Assembly (NCBI RefSeq): GCF_009914755.1
Contig: NC_060925.1
Length of the DNA: 64,000 bases
Origin: the human T2T-CHM13v2.0 reference genome, Homo sapiens
Strand: one strand, 5' to 3'
Within the stretch, counting starts at the first letter, position 1. Each line of letters begins with the position of its first letter. The notes beneath the pieces were generated by a model. It saw only the letters and a list, made by a program, of their open reading frames with translations, did not search any database and had not been told where the DNA came from. Shown piece by piece: positions 37,419-63,479 of the stretch. A program made the translations under genes and the position numbers.

Positions 37419-39608
37419 TAAATTCAGTCCTTTCTAGTCTACCATATGGAGAAAGGATTAAGTGCATGGACCTTGGCATCATATAAACTTGGGTTCAAGT
37501 CCTGGCTCTCCTTTTTACGAGCTGTGTAACCTTGGGTAACTCCTCAGCTTCCTCCGCCATTAAATGTGTTGATCTTACCTACCTCCTGGGGATCTAATGC
37601 AATAATGCATATAAAGCATTCAGCACTGGGTCTGGTGCATAGTAAGTCAGGTAACGGCACCTGTAGATAATATCCTTTCTTTCTGGTCAGTTCCCCCCAC
37701 CTCCCAACTCCTACCTCCTGGGCATGTTTTGCTGGATGTCCAAGTCAAATTCTAAGTAGCTAAAAGCAAAATTCCATCTCTTCTTTTTCCTCCCTAAACA
37801 CCAGCTTCTCTTGCTGCCCTACCTCTATTAATGCCTCACCATCTTTCACTGAGGCCTGAGGCCTAGCCCTTAGGGATGTTGTACAAACAAGTACCAAAGC
37901 TATGTGCAGGGGAGGCTGACTTGAAAAATCATTGTCTTTGCCCTTAAGGAACTCACAGTCTGGTGAGAAAGTTAGACAGACAAACAAACATAATAAGATA
38001 ATTGCTCTACTAGAGGTTTATATGGAGGAACTTCTATGCTTAGAAGGAATGCTGAGCCAGGTGCGGTGGCTCAAGCCTGTAATCCCAGCACTTTGGGAGG
38101 CCGAGGTGGACGGATCACCTGAGGTTGGAAGTTCAAGACTAGACTGACCAACATGGAGAAACCCCATCTCTACTAAAAATACAAAATTAGCTGGGCGTGG
38201 TGGTGCATGCCTGTAATCCCAGCTACTTGGGAAGCTGAGGCAGGAGAATCACTTGAACCCGGGAGGCAGGAGGTTGCAGTGAGCCGAGATCGCGCCATTG
38301 CACTCCACCCTGGGCAACAAGAGCGAAACTCCATCTCAAAACAATAAAAAATAAAAAGAGGGAGTGCTGAAGTGTGGCTGGATCAATCCAGGAAGACTTC
38401 CTGGAGATGATAGCATTTGAGTTGGCACCTGCAGGCTGAGTAGGAGCTTGAAAGGTAGACAAGTCAGGGAAAGCCAAAAAAATTACCCACAGACAAAGCT
38501 GTGGCCATGAGAAGGCAGGGACTGGAAGCTCACATGTGTTTTGGAGAGCTTCTCTAGGGCAGCACGGAGGATGCTGGAGGGGAGAAAAGCTGAGGCAGCA
38601 GACAGATCCAAGAGGAAGGTTTAGGATCTGAAAGTGTACTCATGCTTTGCCATGCAATGCTGTGCAACCTTAGGAAAGTCACTTGAGCTCACTGAGCTTC
38701 CATCCCTCATCTGTCAAATGGAGAGAATAATAGGTACCCATGGGGATGCTGGGGAGGGCTGAATGAGCTAATGGAAGGGAAAGTGCTGGATAAATGCAAG
38801 CTGTTGTTATTGTAGAGAATCCACCGGGGCAGGCCATGTTTCAGCTGCAGCCCCACCTCAGAAATGGCCTCCCTGAGCCTCATCCAAGTCAAGTCCACAT
38901 CCTCCCAGGCTGGGGGGTGGGGTGGGGTGCAGGATGCAGGGGAAGGATGCACACACACCTGACTATGGATCTTGGCTCACTGGCTCTGTGACCTGGGACC
39001 AGTGTCTTCCCTCTCTCAACTTCATTTCATAGAGCTAAGAACCCAACTTACAGGGCTTCCGTGAATTCTGTGGGAACAGGTAAGTGATCATTAATTGTAG
39101 ACAGTTAGTTCCCTGTCCCCTAGTCTCCAATTCCCTCCTCCAGGGCCTGGCACCAAGCTGAGCAGAGCGAGAAACAGTAAATATTTAATAACAGATGGGC
39201 TGAGAGCTCCTAACTGAAGGGAGATGTGGAGGAGCCGGAGGACACTTGCTTCCCCAGCAGGGGCAGCTGTGCAGACAGGCCGACCTGGGCTTCAGGGCTA
39301 GTGATAGCCAGATCCTGAAGGAGTTCTTGCCTTCAGTGACTTCCTGAGGGAGCCACAGCTACCAGTGGCCTTCCCAGGGTACCCTAGCCCCACAACACAT
39401 CTCTCCTATTTTCTCACTTTGCTGCTCAGATGAACATCAAATGGATGTGGACCCCACTCAACAACCACCCACTGAATCCCTCTCCACTGCGCCAAGCCTC
39501 TCCTGGCACTATAAATTCAGAGAGGAAGGAGGCCAGCCCTTGCTCTTCAGGGCCTCCCATCTAGCTGCGAGAGTGATGGAAAACATGTTTGCTAAAATGT
39601 GATAGCTA

Positions 39609-39872
<264 letters not shown>

Positions 39873-40443
39873 TCATCACTTAGTCACTTGCCTGGTGGTC
39901 ACCTATGAGTCAATGATTCAAAGGTTTCCATCCCAGGGATACATCTGCTTCTTAATAGGAATTTACAGGGACAATCCTTTGACCAGGGGAGCCACCTAAG
40001 GGACTGAGACTTGATCCCAGAGCAATCAGGCAGAGACTCTGTGCAGCTTCCTTTCCCTTCCTGCCCAGACATGCTGCCCCTCCCTCCGACCCTGGGCCTC
40101 CCCTTTGTGAATTTAGGTCTCTGTGGTTGTCTGTGGGCTGAGGCAGCAAAAAGAGCATTTTGGAGTGAGCCAGAGCTAAATCCAAATCCTGGTTCTATTA
40201 CTAACTAGCTGTGTGACCTTGGTCCAATTTCTTATCTGCTCTGAGTCAGTTTTGCAGAAAATGTTCAAATTTGCTGTATCTTTACGTACTTGTATACAAA
40301 TGCGTAGAAAAAGGCCAGAGGGCAGTCAGGCGCTGTGGCTCACACCTGAAATCCCAGCACTTTGGGAGGCCGAGGTGGGCGGATCACCTGAGGTCGGGAG
40401 TTCAAGACCGCCTGACCAACACGGAGAAACCCTGTCTCTACTA

Positions 40444-40602
<159 letters not shown>

Positions 40603-40722
40603 TCAAAAAAACAAACAAACAAAAAAAAGGCCAGGCGTGGTGGCTCATGCCTGTAATCCCAGCACTTTGGGAGGCCAAGGCAGGCAGATCATGAGGTCAG
40701 GAGTTCGAGACCAGCCTGGTCA

Positions 40723-40935
<213 letters not shown>

Positions 40936-42120
40936 CTACCCTTCTCATTAATAGTGGATGGGGTGGGGTGGGAAAGGGGTATGTGATGGGGAACTTTCAC
41001 ATTGTATCCTATTTTCTCATGTATTATCTGGGCCTTTATAAGCATGTATATTATTGCATTTGTATGAAGCAGGGATAATCCTACCAACTTTACAGATTAT
41101 TGGAAGGATTTTAAAAAGATCCTACAGGTAAAACTGTTCTCATGCTGTCTGCTGCAAAATTGGCTCTTACCAAGTATTAGTTCCCTTTTCCTCTCTTCTC
41201 CTTGCCTGGAACTGTGTTTCTACTTGTAAGTGTTTGCCTCTTTACATCTATGTTTGTTTACGGGGCCTGGTTGAATCTGTCTGTGGTTTTTTTTTTTTTT
41301 TTTTGAGACGGAGTCTCACTCTGCCCTATCTCAGCTCACTGCAAGCTCCGCCTCCCGGGTTCACGCCATTCTCCTGCCTCAGCCTCCTGAGTAGCTGGGA
41401 CTACAGGCTCCTGCCACAATGCCTGGCTAATTTTTTTTTGTATTTTTAGTAGAGACAGGGTTTCACTGTGTTAGCCAGGATGGTCTCGATCTCTTGACCT
41501 CGTGATCCGCCCACCTCGGCCTCCCAAAGTGTTGGGATTACAGGCGTGAGCCACCACACCCAGCCTGTCTGTGGTTTATGGGCTGCTAAGCGTCTGTGTG
41601 TATTCTTTTCTTATATTGGTGAATGTCTGTGCATCTGGAAATGTATGCATTTGTGTATGTGTGTCTGTGTGTCTCTGTATAAGTGAGTATATGCTTGGGT
41701 GTATTGGTGGTATGTATGTGTGTGGGGTGTAGCTGTGTATCTCAGCTTGTTTGTGTCTATTTATATGTGTTTATTTTATTTCATTTTTTATTTTTTTTGA
41801 GACGGAGTCTCACTCTGTCACCCAGGCTGGAGTGCGATGGCACGGTCTCAGCTCACCACAACTTCCACCTTCTAGGTTCAAGTGATCCTTCTGCTTCAGC
41901 CTCCTGCGTAGCTAGGATTACAGGCGCCCGCCACCACACCTGGCTAATTTTTGTATTTTTAGTAGAGACAGGGTTTTCACCACGTTGGCCAGGCTGGTCT
42001 TGAATTCCTGATCTCGTGATCCACCCACCTCAGCCTCCCAAAGTGGTGGGATTACAGGTGTGAGCCATCATGCACTGCCTATATGTCTTTATTATTATTA
42101 TTATTATTTTGTTTTTTTGA

Positions 42121-42472
<352 letters not shown>

Positions 42473-42900
42473 TAGCCAGGATGGTCTCCATCTCCTGACC
42501 TCGTGATCCGCCCGCCTCGGCCTCCCAAAGTACTGGGATTACAGTCATGAGCCACTGCGCCCGGCCGCTAATTTTGTATTTTTAGTAGAGACAGGGTTTC
42601 TCCACGTTGGTCAGGTTGGTCTTGAACTCCCGACCTCAGGTGATCCACCCACCTCCGCCCCACAAAGTGCTGGGATTACAGGCATGAGCCACCGCACCCG
42701 GCGTGTTTATTATATTTTTAATGCATATATATTTTTGAGACAGAGTCTCTGTTGCCCAGGCTGGAGTGCAGTGGCACGATCATGGCAGCTTTAACCTCCT
42801 GGGCCCAAGTGATCCTCCCACCTCAGCCTCTCAAGTAGCTAGGACCACAGGCATGCACCACGACACCCAGCTAATTTTTTTTTTTTGAGACGGAGTTTAG

Positions 42901-43175
<275 letters not shown>

Positions 43176-44303
43176 TAATTTTTAAATTTTTGTAGAGATG
43201 GGGAGCTTCCTATGTTGCCCAGGCTAGTCTCGAACTGCCGAGCTCCAGCAGTCCTCCCACTTCAGCCCCCCAAAGTGTTGCGATTACAGGCGTGGGCCAC
43301 TGTGGCCAGCTTATATGTGTTTAGATGTCAGTCTGCCTCAGCATATCTGAGTGTTTAAGGGTATCTAGGTGTGGCAGTGTGTATCTGGGCTTGTATATTG
43401 GTATATGTACCCACATGTTTGGATGTGCCACTGTGAAGTGGTGTGTAGGTAGGTTTGTCAACCTGTCTGTGTCTCAGTGTGTTTGTGTCTACATCTATGT
43501 AGATGTGGGGGTGGGAGCTGGGGTCTCTAAGAGTCCACATCCAGTTGTTCTCCTATCTGTGGGCGGAGAGCTCTGCCCACACATTTCAATCCCTCCCCCT
43601 GCTTCCAGAAGGCCCTGAGTGTGGGTGTTTCACTCGTAGCCCTGCTCCTGGGCACAGGGCTTGCTGCCGAGGACTGGTGGAGTGCATGTCTGCAAACACC
43701 TAGAGAGGGGCTCCAGCCAGCAGCCCCCGACATGTAGCCTTCCCAGCTGGCAGACCAGATTGATCATTTTCCTGTTTCTGAGAAGAACCAAGCCCCTCTC
43801 TTTGGAGAGCAGAGAGACCTCTGAATCTTGAGGTCAGGAAATCCCTGCTCTCTCAGCCTAGGTCAGTGTCCATCTGGCTGAGCTTGTCGTGTTTGTCAGA
43901 TGCAGCCAGACAGCTGGGGAAACAAAACGTGTCTCCATGGCAACCCGCCTCCGCCTTCGAACTTGGGCAGTTCAGTGGTTTTGCAGGGCCCCCTTTGGGC
44001 CCAGTGCTGGGATGGGGTGGGTGGTGAGGATGAGTTAATAAGGCTTCTGCATATGTGCACTGCAGCCCCACACCCCAACATACTCAAATACCTCCACACA
44101 CACTCCTTCCCTAGGTAAAACTGGATGTTCAGAATGGGGAAACTGGTTCCCAGAGAGGGCAATGTCTTGTTGCCCAAGTACACACTTAGCAAGTTAGTGG
44201 CAAGACCAAAATAATGAGAACCAGGTTAACTGTAGGGATTCTTTTGCCCCACGTAGTTTTCTCATTCTAGGATTTAATAATTACTTTAGAATATACATAT
44301 GTA

Positions 44304-44649
<346 letters not shown>

Positions 44650-44672
44650 TTATAAAAACATTTTTTTTTTGA

Positions 44673-44777
<105 letters not shown>

Positions 44778-44936
44778 TGAGTAGCTGGGAATATAGGCAT
44801 GTGCCATCATGCCCGGTTAATTTTGTAGTTTTAGTAGAGACAGGGTTTCCCCATGTTGGTCAGGCTGGTTTTGAACTCCCAACCTCAGGTGATCTGCCCG
44901 CCTTGGCCTCCCAAAGTGGTGGGATTATAGATGTGA

Positions 44937-45071
<135 letters not shown>

Positions 45072-45185
45072 TGAATACCTGGGATTACAGGCGCATGCCA
45101 CCATGCCTGGCTAATTTTTGTATTTTTAGTAGAGATGGGGTTTCACCATATTGGTCAGGCTGGTCTCAAACTCCGGACCTCATGA

Positions 45186-45533
<348 letters not shown>

Positions 45534-46087
45534 TGATCCGCCCGCCTAGGCCTCCCAAAGTGCTGGGATTACAGGTATGAGCCACCGTGCCCGGCTGATA
45601 ACTTGTTTCTTTGCAGACCTGAGAATAAAGCTTCTCCTGACATTTTTACGAAGCTGTTAAAACTCTTACTACCGGCCAGGCACGGTGGCTCACGCCTGTA
45701 ATCCCAGAACTTTGGGAGGCCGAGGCAGGAGGATCATGAGGTCAGGAGTTCAAGACCAGCCTGGCCAAGATACTGAAACCTCGTCTCCACTAAAAGTACA
45801 AAAAAATTAGCTGGGCGTAGAGGCATGCACCTGTAATCCCAGCTATTCGGGAGGCTGAGGCAGAAAATTTCTTAAACCCAGGAGGTGGAGGTTGCAGTGA
45901 GGCAAGATCACGTTATTGTACTCCAGCCTGGGCACAGAGTGAGACTCTGTTTCAAAAAAACAAACAAGGACCGGGTGTGGTGGCTCACACCTGTAATCCC
46001 AGCACTTTGCGAGGCCGAGGCGGCCAGATCACGAGGTCAGGAGATCGAGACCATCCTGTCTAACATGGTGAAACCCCGTCTCTACTA

Positions 46088-46456
<369 letters not shown>

Positions 46457-47731
46457 TGAAAGAACGAAGGGAAACACAACCCGTTGCATACTAGAGACTG
46501 GGTGGTGGCAATAACTACCTCTCTGCTCTCTACTTTTTCTCCTCTTTCCTCCCCCTGCACCCTCACCTCTTTCCCCTCCTCTCTTTTCTTAGGAGCTGGC
46601 ACCAACTTAAAGATGGGAACGCATAAGACTCCATTTGATCTGGCCACACACCACTAACACCCTATGCGCGAGCCATTTCTCCTCTCAACTCAGCGGGAGG
46701 AAAAATGGGTGGAATTAGGCTTGGGGCTTGATTCTAAGAGATGCCTAGAGGATCAAAGAAGACCTCAGCAGGGAGGTTGTTTGAAATGTTAAGACGGCTG
46801 CCACAGATGCCAAGAGCCAGGGATTAGGGGACATAAGAATGCTGGCTGGGACCTACATCTCCCCCCTCCCAACTTTCAACTATGCAGGATTGCTCTGCCC
46901 TCTGGTACAATTCCGGCCCCTGCAATTGGTCTAAGAACTGAGGGAAGCCACAGGTGCTCCCATCCCAAGGCTGTCTGTCCCTTCCTGGTCTTCCCTGTAA
47001 AATGTAAGAGGCTCAGCCACACCTTTGGCCTGGCTGCCCTGTCTGGAGTGAGGAGTCTTTGTGGAAGGAGGCCAGGCCCAGCAGAGGACAAAGCTGGCTC
47101 CTGTGGAAGGCAGGTCTCCCAAGTGGAAAGGGGGATTGGTGTGTGTGAGGGCAACATCAGGGTGGTCCTGGGCTTTCCCCAAACAGAGGGGCAAAGTTGG
47201 AGGGCCCTTAGGATGCTGCCCCAAGCCTGGTTTTTGCTGGTTCCTCCCTGGGGACAGGCTGGAAGTTTCCTTCCTGGTCAGGTGACAGCCTGGCTCCAGG
47301 TTGAACTTTGGGCCCTATCCACAGGGACTGCTGGGAAGTCAGCTCCCTCCGCTGCCTGCAAGGCCAGCAAAGACATGTAGCTGAGCTGAGCAATCATTAT
47401 TCCAGGGAGCCGGATTCAGCTACAGCTGAGACACAGGCTAGCTCTTCCTAGGCTAGCCCTCCCTGGGTGGCTCAGAAGCATGTCTGTCCTTTAGGCCAGG
47501 GGGCAAGAGGGAGAGCTGGGCCTGCTGGTCTGAAGGTGGTCCGGGCTGGGGATGAGAAGTGAGAGTCTCTGGGTGCTGGAGTCAGGAGCAGTGAAGGGAA
47601 TATAACCCTGAACTCTCCTCATTTCCCTTCTTCCTCTCCCTACCTGCAAATCAGAGGATCCAATCTGTGGGTTGATTCCTGGAAATTCTAGTTTGAGGGG
47701 AATTTCCCTGAGGAATTATATGAGACACTGG

Positions 47732-50038
<2,307 letters not shown>

Positions 50039-51712
50039 TAACACTTTTCTCTTGAAAACTGCATTCTCTACATTCCCTTTCCTCACCAACTAACAGAGGA
50101 AGAGGCTGGGTTCTTAGGAGTGCTAGGCTGGGCCAAGAGCACCCAGAGTACAGGGCTGGTTCCTGATCCAGAATGGGTGCTCTGGGATTGTGGGCTGGAT
50201 CTGAATGAATGGTGGTTAGACAAGAAACTGAGGCCCAGCATGGACACTGGGTGGTCTGCCCCAGGGCCCCCAGGTGGGAGAGTGTCAATGATGTCCCAGG
50301 TTCACCACAGCTGAGCCCCTGGGGACATGCAGGGGGCTAAGGCAGGTTAGGGAGATCCCACTGCACTCTAGTAATCCTGCAATGTTATGGTGAGTGCTAT
50401 CTACAGTGCGCCGGGGCTGACTGGGCTGGGTGGCCCAGACAAATGGGCCCCTGCCCTCGTGGAGACCAGGACCAAGAGAAAGCCGTGTGACCAGAGTCAG
50501 ATTGGGTGATTCTGGCCACCCCACTGGTATGGACATCACAAGGCCCTTCTGGGGACTGACGGAGGAGGTTCAAGGGTGCTGAACCCACAGCTGGTCCCCA
50601 GCGCAATTTCTAGTCCTTAGGGTTTGAAGCCTTGGACCAGCCTGAGACAAAACCCAGATGACCATCTTGGCTCCTCTCCCGCTGACCACCTCTGTCCCCT
50701 TCTGGCCTCCATTTCCGTTGTCGTGGGATCAGATGATATAAAAGGGCTTGGTCAGCTGTAATAGACCCAGAGGCCTGTAGGCAATGAGTACAGCAATTTC
50801 AGGATTCTTAATGTTTCCTTTCCTACCAGCCTCCCAGTCACACCTCTCACCTGCCCAGAGTTCAACCCTAATTAGTGTTGAGCATCTCAGTGGGAACTCC
50901 TGGTCCAGGCAGGAGTGCCCTGGGGCCTCAAATCCTAGTCCAAGGGTAAACGGAGGAAGGGCTATCCTCATCTTGCCACCAAAGGGTGAGGCAGGAACAC
51001 AGTGGACCTGGGCCCCCGCTGCACACCGAAGATGGTTGGAGCCTGGAAGGTGTGGTAAAGAGCGAGGAGGCGACCCCAGTCAGCAGATGGGAGGGAAATG
51101 CCCACTGCGGGTCACAGGTCTTGGACGTGTCTGAAGCCTCTATTCCTGGCGCAAGCGCCCCAACACTGTCGGGGCTTGGAAGGAATTCTCCAAATTCCCT
51201 TATTCCAGGAAAAAATATTCCAGAATCCCCTGTCTATTCCCAGCCCAAACTTGGGATACCAAGTCTCCTGGGGTCCAACCCCAGCCTCTCGCTCCTCCTT
51301 TCCTGCGCCCTTCCCCTTTCCGTCCCCACCCCATACCACCCTCTTCCGAACAGATCTCCCGCGGTGCCCCCTGCGGGACGGAACCTCAGTGCCGCCCCCT
51401 CCCGGGCGGCCCCACGACCCGCCCTCTCGGGCCCCAGCGGGGGGCACGACCCCGGGCTCCCGGGACCCCCTCCTCTCGGGACTGGACCTCGCCCTCCGCC
51501 GGGACCGGGGGAGGCGGGGAGGGGCCGCAGGCAGCGGCGCTCCCGCCCTGCGGCCGCTCCCGCCCCGCTCCTTCCCTCCCCGCCGGCCTGCGCCCCGCCC
51601 GCCGCTCGGCCGGCCCCTCCCGCGCCGCTCCCGCCGTCCGCTCTCCGCGCCCGCTCGGCCTCCGCCGCCCAAACTTTTCTCCGGGCGCGCGTCCCCGGCG
51701 GCCGCCCCCGGC

Positions 51713-51739
51713 ATGGGCACCGCGCCGCAGGGGGCCTGA
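51713..51739 (+). other. uORF MGTAPQGA* upstream of the KIAA1522 distal ATG
   Basis: ggcATGG (G at -3 and +4); TGA at 51737-51739, 28 nt before the main ATG. Inclusion in the mRNA depends on the TSS position. Confidence 0.6.
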
Positions 51740-51767
51740 CCCGCCGCCCGCTCCGCCCCCGCCTGCC

Positions 51768-52002
51768 ATGGCGGCCCGCGCGCCCCCCGCCGCACCTGCG
51801 GCCGAGGAGCCGGGGAACCCGGGCGGCCCCCCGCGCAGGAAGAAGTCCCGCTCCGGCGCGTCCGGCCTCCGCCGCGCCTTCAGCTGGCTGCGGGGCAAGC
51901 GGCGCAAGAAGAAGGCGGCGGGGGCCGAGGGCGCCGAACCGGCCGCCCCCCGGGCCAAGAAGGCGGAGGACAAGGCCAAGAGGGCCAAGGGCAAAGGCCG
52001 AG
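51768..52002 (+). CDS. KIAA1522: KIAA1522/NHSL3 distal first coding exon (MAARAPPAAPAAEE...KGKGR + 1 nt)
   Basis: Strong Kozak cctgccATGG; 235 nt (78 codons + 1) ending at donor GAG|GTAAGG (52003). The peptide is recognised as the KIAA1522 long-isoform N-terminus; synteny with SYNC fits. Confidence 0.92.
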
Positions 52003-54649
52003 GTAAGGCGGTCGGCACCTGGGCTGAGCGCGGGGGGGCGTCGAGGGTGCGGCCGAGGGGGCTCTGCCGGGGGTCCGCGCGCGGCGTGTTGGAGGGGGGT
52101 GACCCCCAGGAGCTGGTGCTGGAAAGCGAAGAGGCCAGGGCTGAGTCCGAACACTTCCACCCTGCGCTGCCTTCCGCAGTTTCCAGACCCAGTCCTGCCC
52201 CGCTGTGAGGGGAGGGGACCCCCGGCTGGGGCAGGGATCCCCTGGCAGAGCAGGAAGTGCTGGTAGCCCGACTCCAGGGCGGTGAGGCGATTCCCCCTCC
52301 CCCAGGCTCACCCAGGTTCTGCCCTCTGCTGAGTCAGGGGGTCAGAGACTTAACGCTGGCCTGTGGCCAATGGGAGAGACAGGTGGCCTTGGGTCTCTGG
52401 TGGGGACCCTCTGGGTCTGGAAGGTCAACCGCACTCACAAAGAGTTTCAGCTCCAGCTGGATCTGGATTTCCAGCCCCACAAAGGACCTCACATGGAGCA
52501 CAGTGTGCCCTGCCTTAGCTTCTTAACAGTGCTGGCTTTTCCCACCTGGCCTCCCTCAACGCTCACCTGGGCCAGGCCACAAACATCACCTCCTGGGGTA
52601 GTGAGCTCACCAAGGTGAACCAACCCGCCCCTCCCTATCACTCCTTCTTCCAGCCCTGGAGAAACATGCCAGTGTCGGAAGTGTGCTTACAGATGGGGGA
52701 AACTGAGGCCCAAGCTCAGTGGAGAGGCTGTACCTGGGCTGGGGTGGGTACTTAAAATTCAACAGCTAATTCTCAGTCTTTCTGAATTTGAGTCCCTGGG
52801 CTCCTCCTCTGGCCTGGACGGGCAGCCTGAAAGGCGGGGAAGCCGACCTGGCCCATCCCTGCTGGGGTCATTTTCAGTTCCTTTCTTGGGCCTTCCCTCA
52901 TTTTCCAGTTTCTGTCTTCCTTTTGATGGGGAGGGCTTGAGTCTTTGCAAGAGGGTGGAGCTCCCTTGGGGCTTGCTGTCCTGGGAAGTCCACCTTTCCT
53001 AGACTGCTGCTGCAGTGCTGGAGGTGAGGAAATGGCTGGGTGTGCGGGCCCATCCCATTCTGCCTGTGTTTACCCTCCCAGTGTCCTTTAACCACCTCTT
53101 CTGGGAGAGTTAGAAGGAACACTTTAGGGGTCAGGAAGAGGGTGGAAAGCCTCATGTGTGATTGTATCCGGCTTGATCTTCCTTTTGGATAAGGGCCCTG
53201 CTTCCCTGCGGCACAGCCACACATAGAAGTGAGGGTGCTGGGGCTGGGGTGACTGGGCCAAACCCTGAGGGAGGACTGGATTTGGGTGAGGGGTGTTTCC
53301 AAAGCCTCTGCAGTCCTAACAGGACATGGAGTCTGTCCCAGGGCTGCCCCACTGGGATTCAGTCTGAAGTCATCCCCGTCTCATTCAAGAGGGCATTGCA
53401 GCAGGATGTATTGTGGTCAGACTGTCAGGATTGGCAGGCAGAAGGCTAGTGGACTAGCAGTGTATACTCCAGGGCAATGGACCTTTTTCCTCTGGGAGAC
53501 CAGCCTGGAAGGCAGGGGGCTGGAAAAGCTGAGCCTGTAGGTCACTGCTCCAACAGCCTGGGTTTGGGGTCATTGGGTCAGTGGCCAGGCCTCCCTCTTG
53601 CCTTGTGTTTGGTATCAGGTGGCTCTGGGCTTTCTGGGCAGCATGTCGGCCTGATTTGAGCCCACGTGCATGGGTAACACCTCCTTGCCCCTGGCTGTTG
53701 TTTCTCCAGGTCTGGAGGTGGCCCTGGGTATGACTGGAGGAAGTCCTGTTCCCTTTTACTCCAGCCTCCTATTATTGCAACTGTTTCCTTGTCACCTGCC
53801 TGGCCCAACTTCTTTTCTGTTTATTAAGAGAAATAAATCTGATCCCACTAATCTCCACTGGCAACGCTGGCCAGGAACGGGAAGCCTGCAGAAGGCTTAA
53901 CTCTTTCAGGGAGAATGTTCAGAATGGAGATTGGGAGAGGTGGGGAGGAGGGATACACAGGAGATTCCTGGGAGGTCAGGGATCTTTGCTGGGGAAGTCA
54001 TTATCTCCTCCATTCCAATCTCTGGCTCAAAGACCTATGAGAGGCAGGTCTTGATTCCTCTAATCTGACTCTCCTACTTTAAGATGGAAAAACTGAGCTT
54101 GTCATGGAGTTTTGAGCACCAGTCTTCCATGATTCCCTTGCTGACCTCACTACCCTGCACAAACTTAGAAGAAGAGAGGAAGTCTGACATTTATTGATTA
54201 GTCTGAATATGTCAAGATCTTACTTGCAGATGAAAAAATTGAGGCTCAGGGACAGTGAGTGACTGATTTGACCAAACGGATTTAAACTCAAATCACCTGC
54301 CTCAAAAATCGGGACTGTTTTCATGACTCTCCCAAGGACATAGAGCAGCAGGTAAGGCTTGAAGATCTTCTTGTTCAACTCACTTTACAGATGGGAAATG
54401 GCCCAGAGAGAGAAGTGAGGGAACTTGATAGAGTGGGGAGAGTATCAGAATCAGGCCAATGAGAGTTTAAATCCTGGCCCAGCTACTAGCAAGCCCCATG
54501 ATGTAGGATGAGCAACTTCTCAGTGGGCTCCCTGATTCCACCACTGTCTTGTGGGGAAGAAAGGGGGAATCCTCTGGCTGGACATTGCCTTGATGGGCTG
54601 TGACCTTTCTGTCTCACCAAGATTTTCACAAGAGAGCATATGAAAATTA

Positions 54650-63342
<8,693 letters not shown>

Positions 63343-63479
63343 TTAGCACAGAGCCTGGCACATAGTAAACACTAAGTAAAAGGGTGCTACTATTTTGAAC
63401 ACTGTAACTACAGAAATACAGTCAGTTCGATACATTTGTACACACAGGCACGTGACACTCACGGGGAGGTGGCTGGTGG

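Larger units (their letters stand above)
51340..52290. promoter_or_regulatory. KIAA1522: CpG island / distal KIAA1522 (NHSL3) promoter
   Basis: Very high GC and CpG density, with multiple CCGCCC/GGGCGG boxes surrounding the first exon. Confidence 0.9.

Noticed and set aside
47494-47506. Additional CTCF-like motifs (also ~58970 and ~51724)
   Set aside because: Mismatches in the 5' core and no upstream module.
50986-52311. Long overlapping ORFs (426, 308, 227, 213 aa) at the NHSL3 promoter, and similar ORFs at 12183-13308 and 63395-63967
   Set aside because: Stop-codon depletion in very GC-rich CpG islands gives Pro/Ala/Gly/Arg low-complexity products; only the Kozak ATG exons ending at strong donors are supported.
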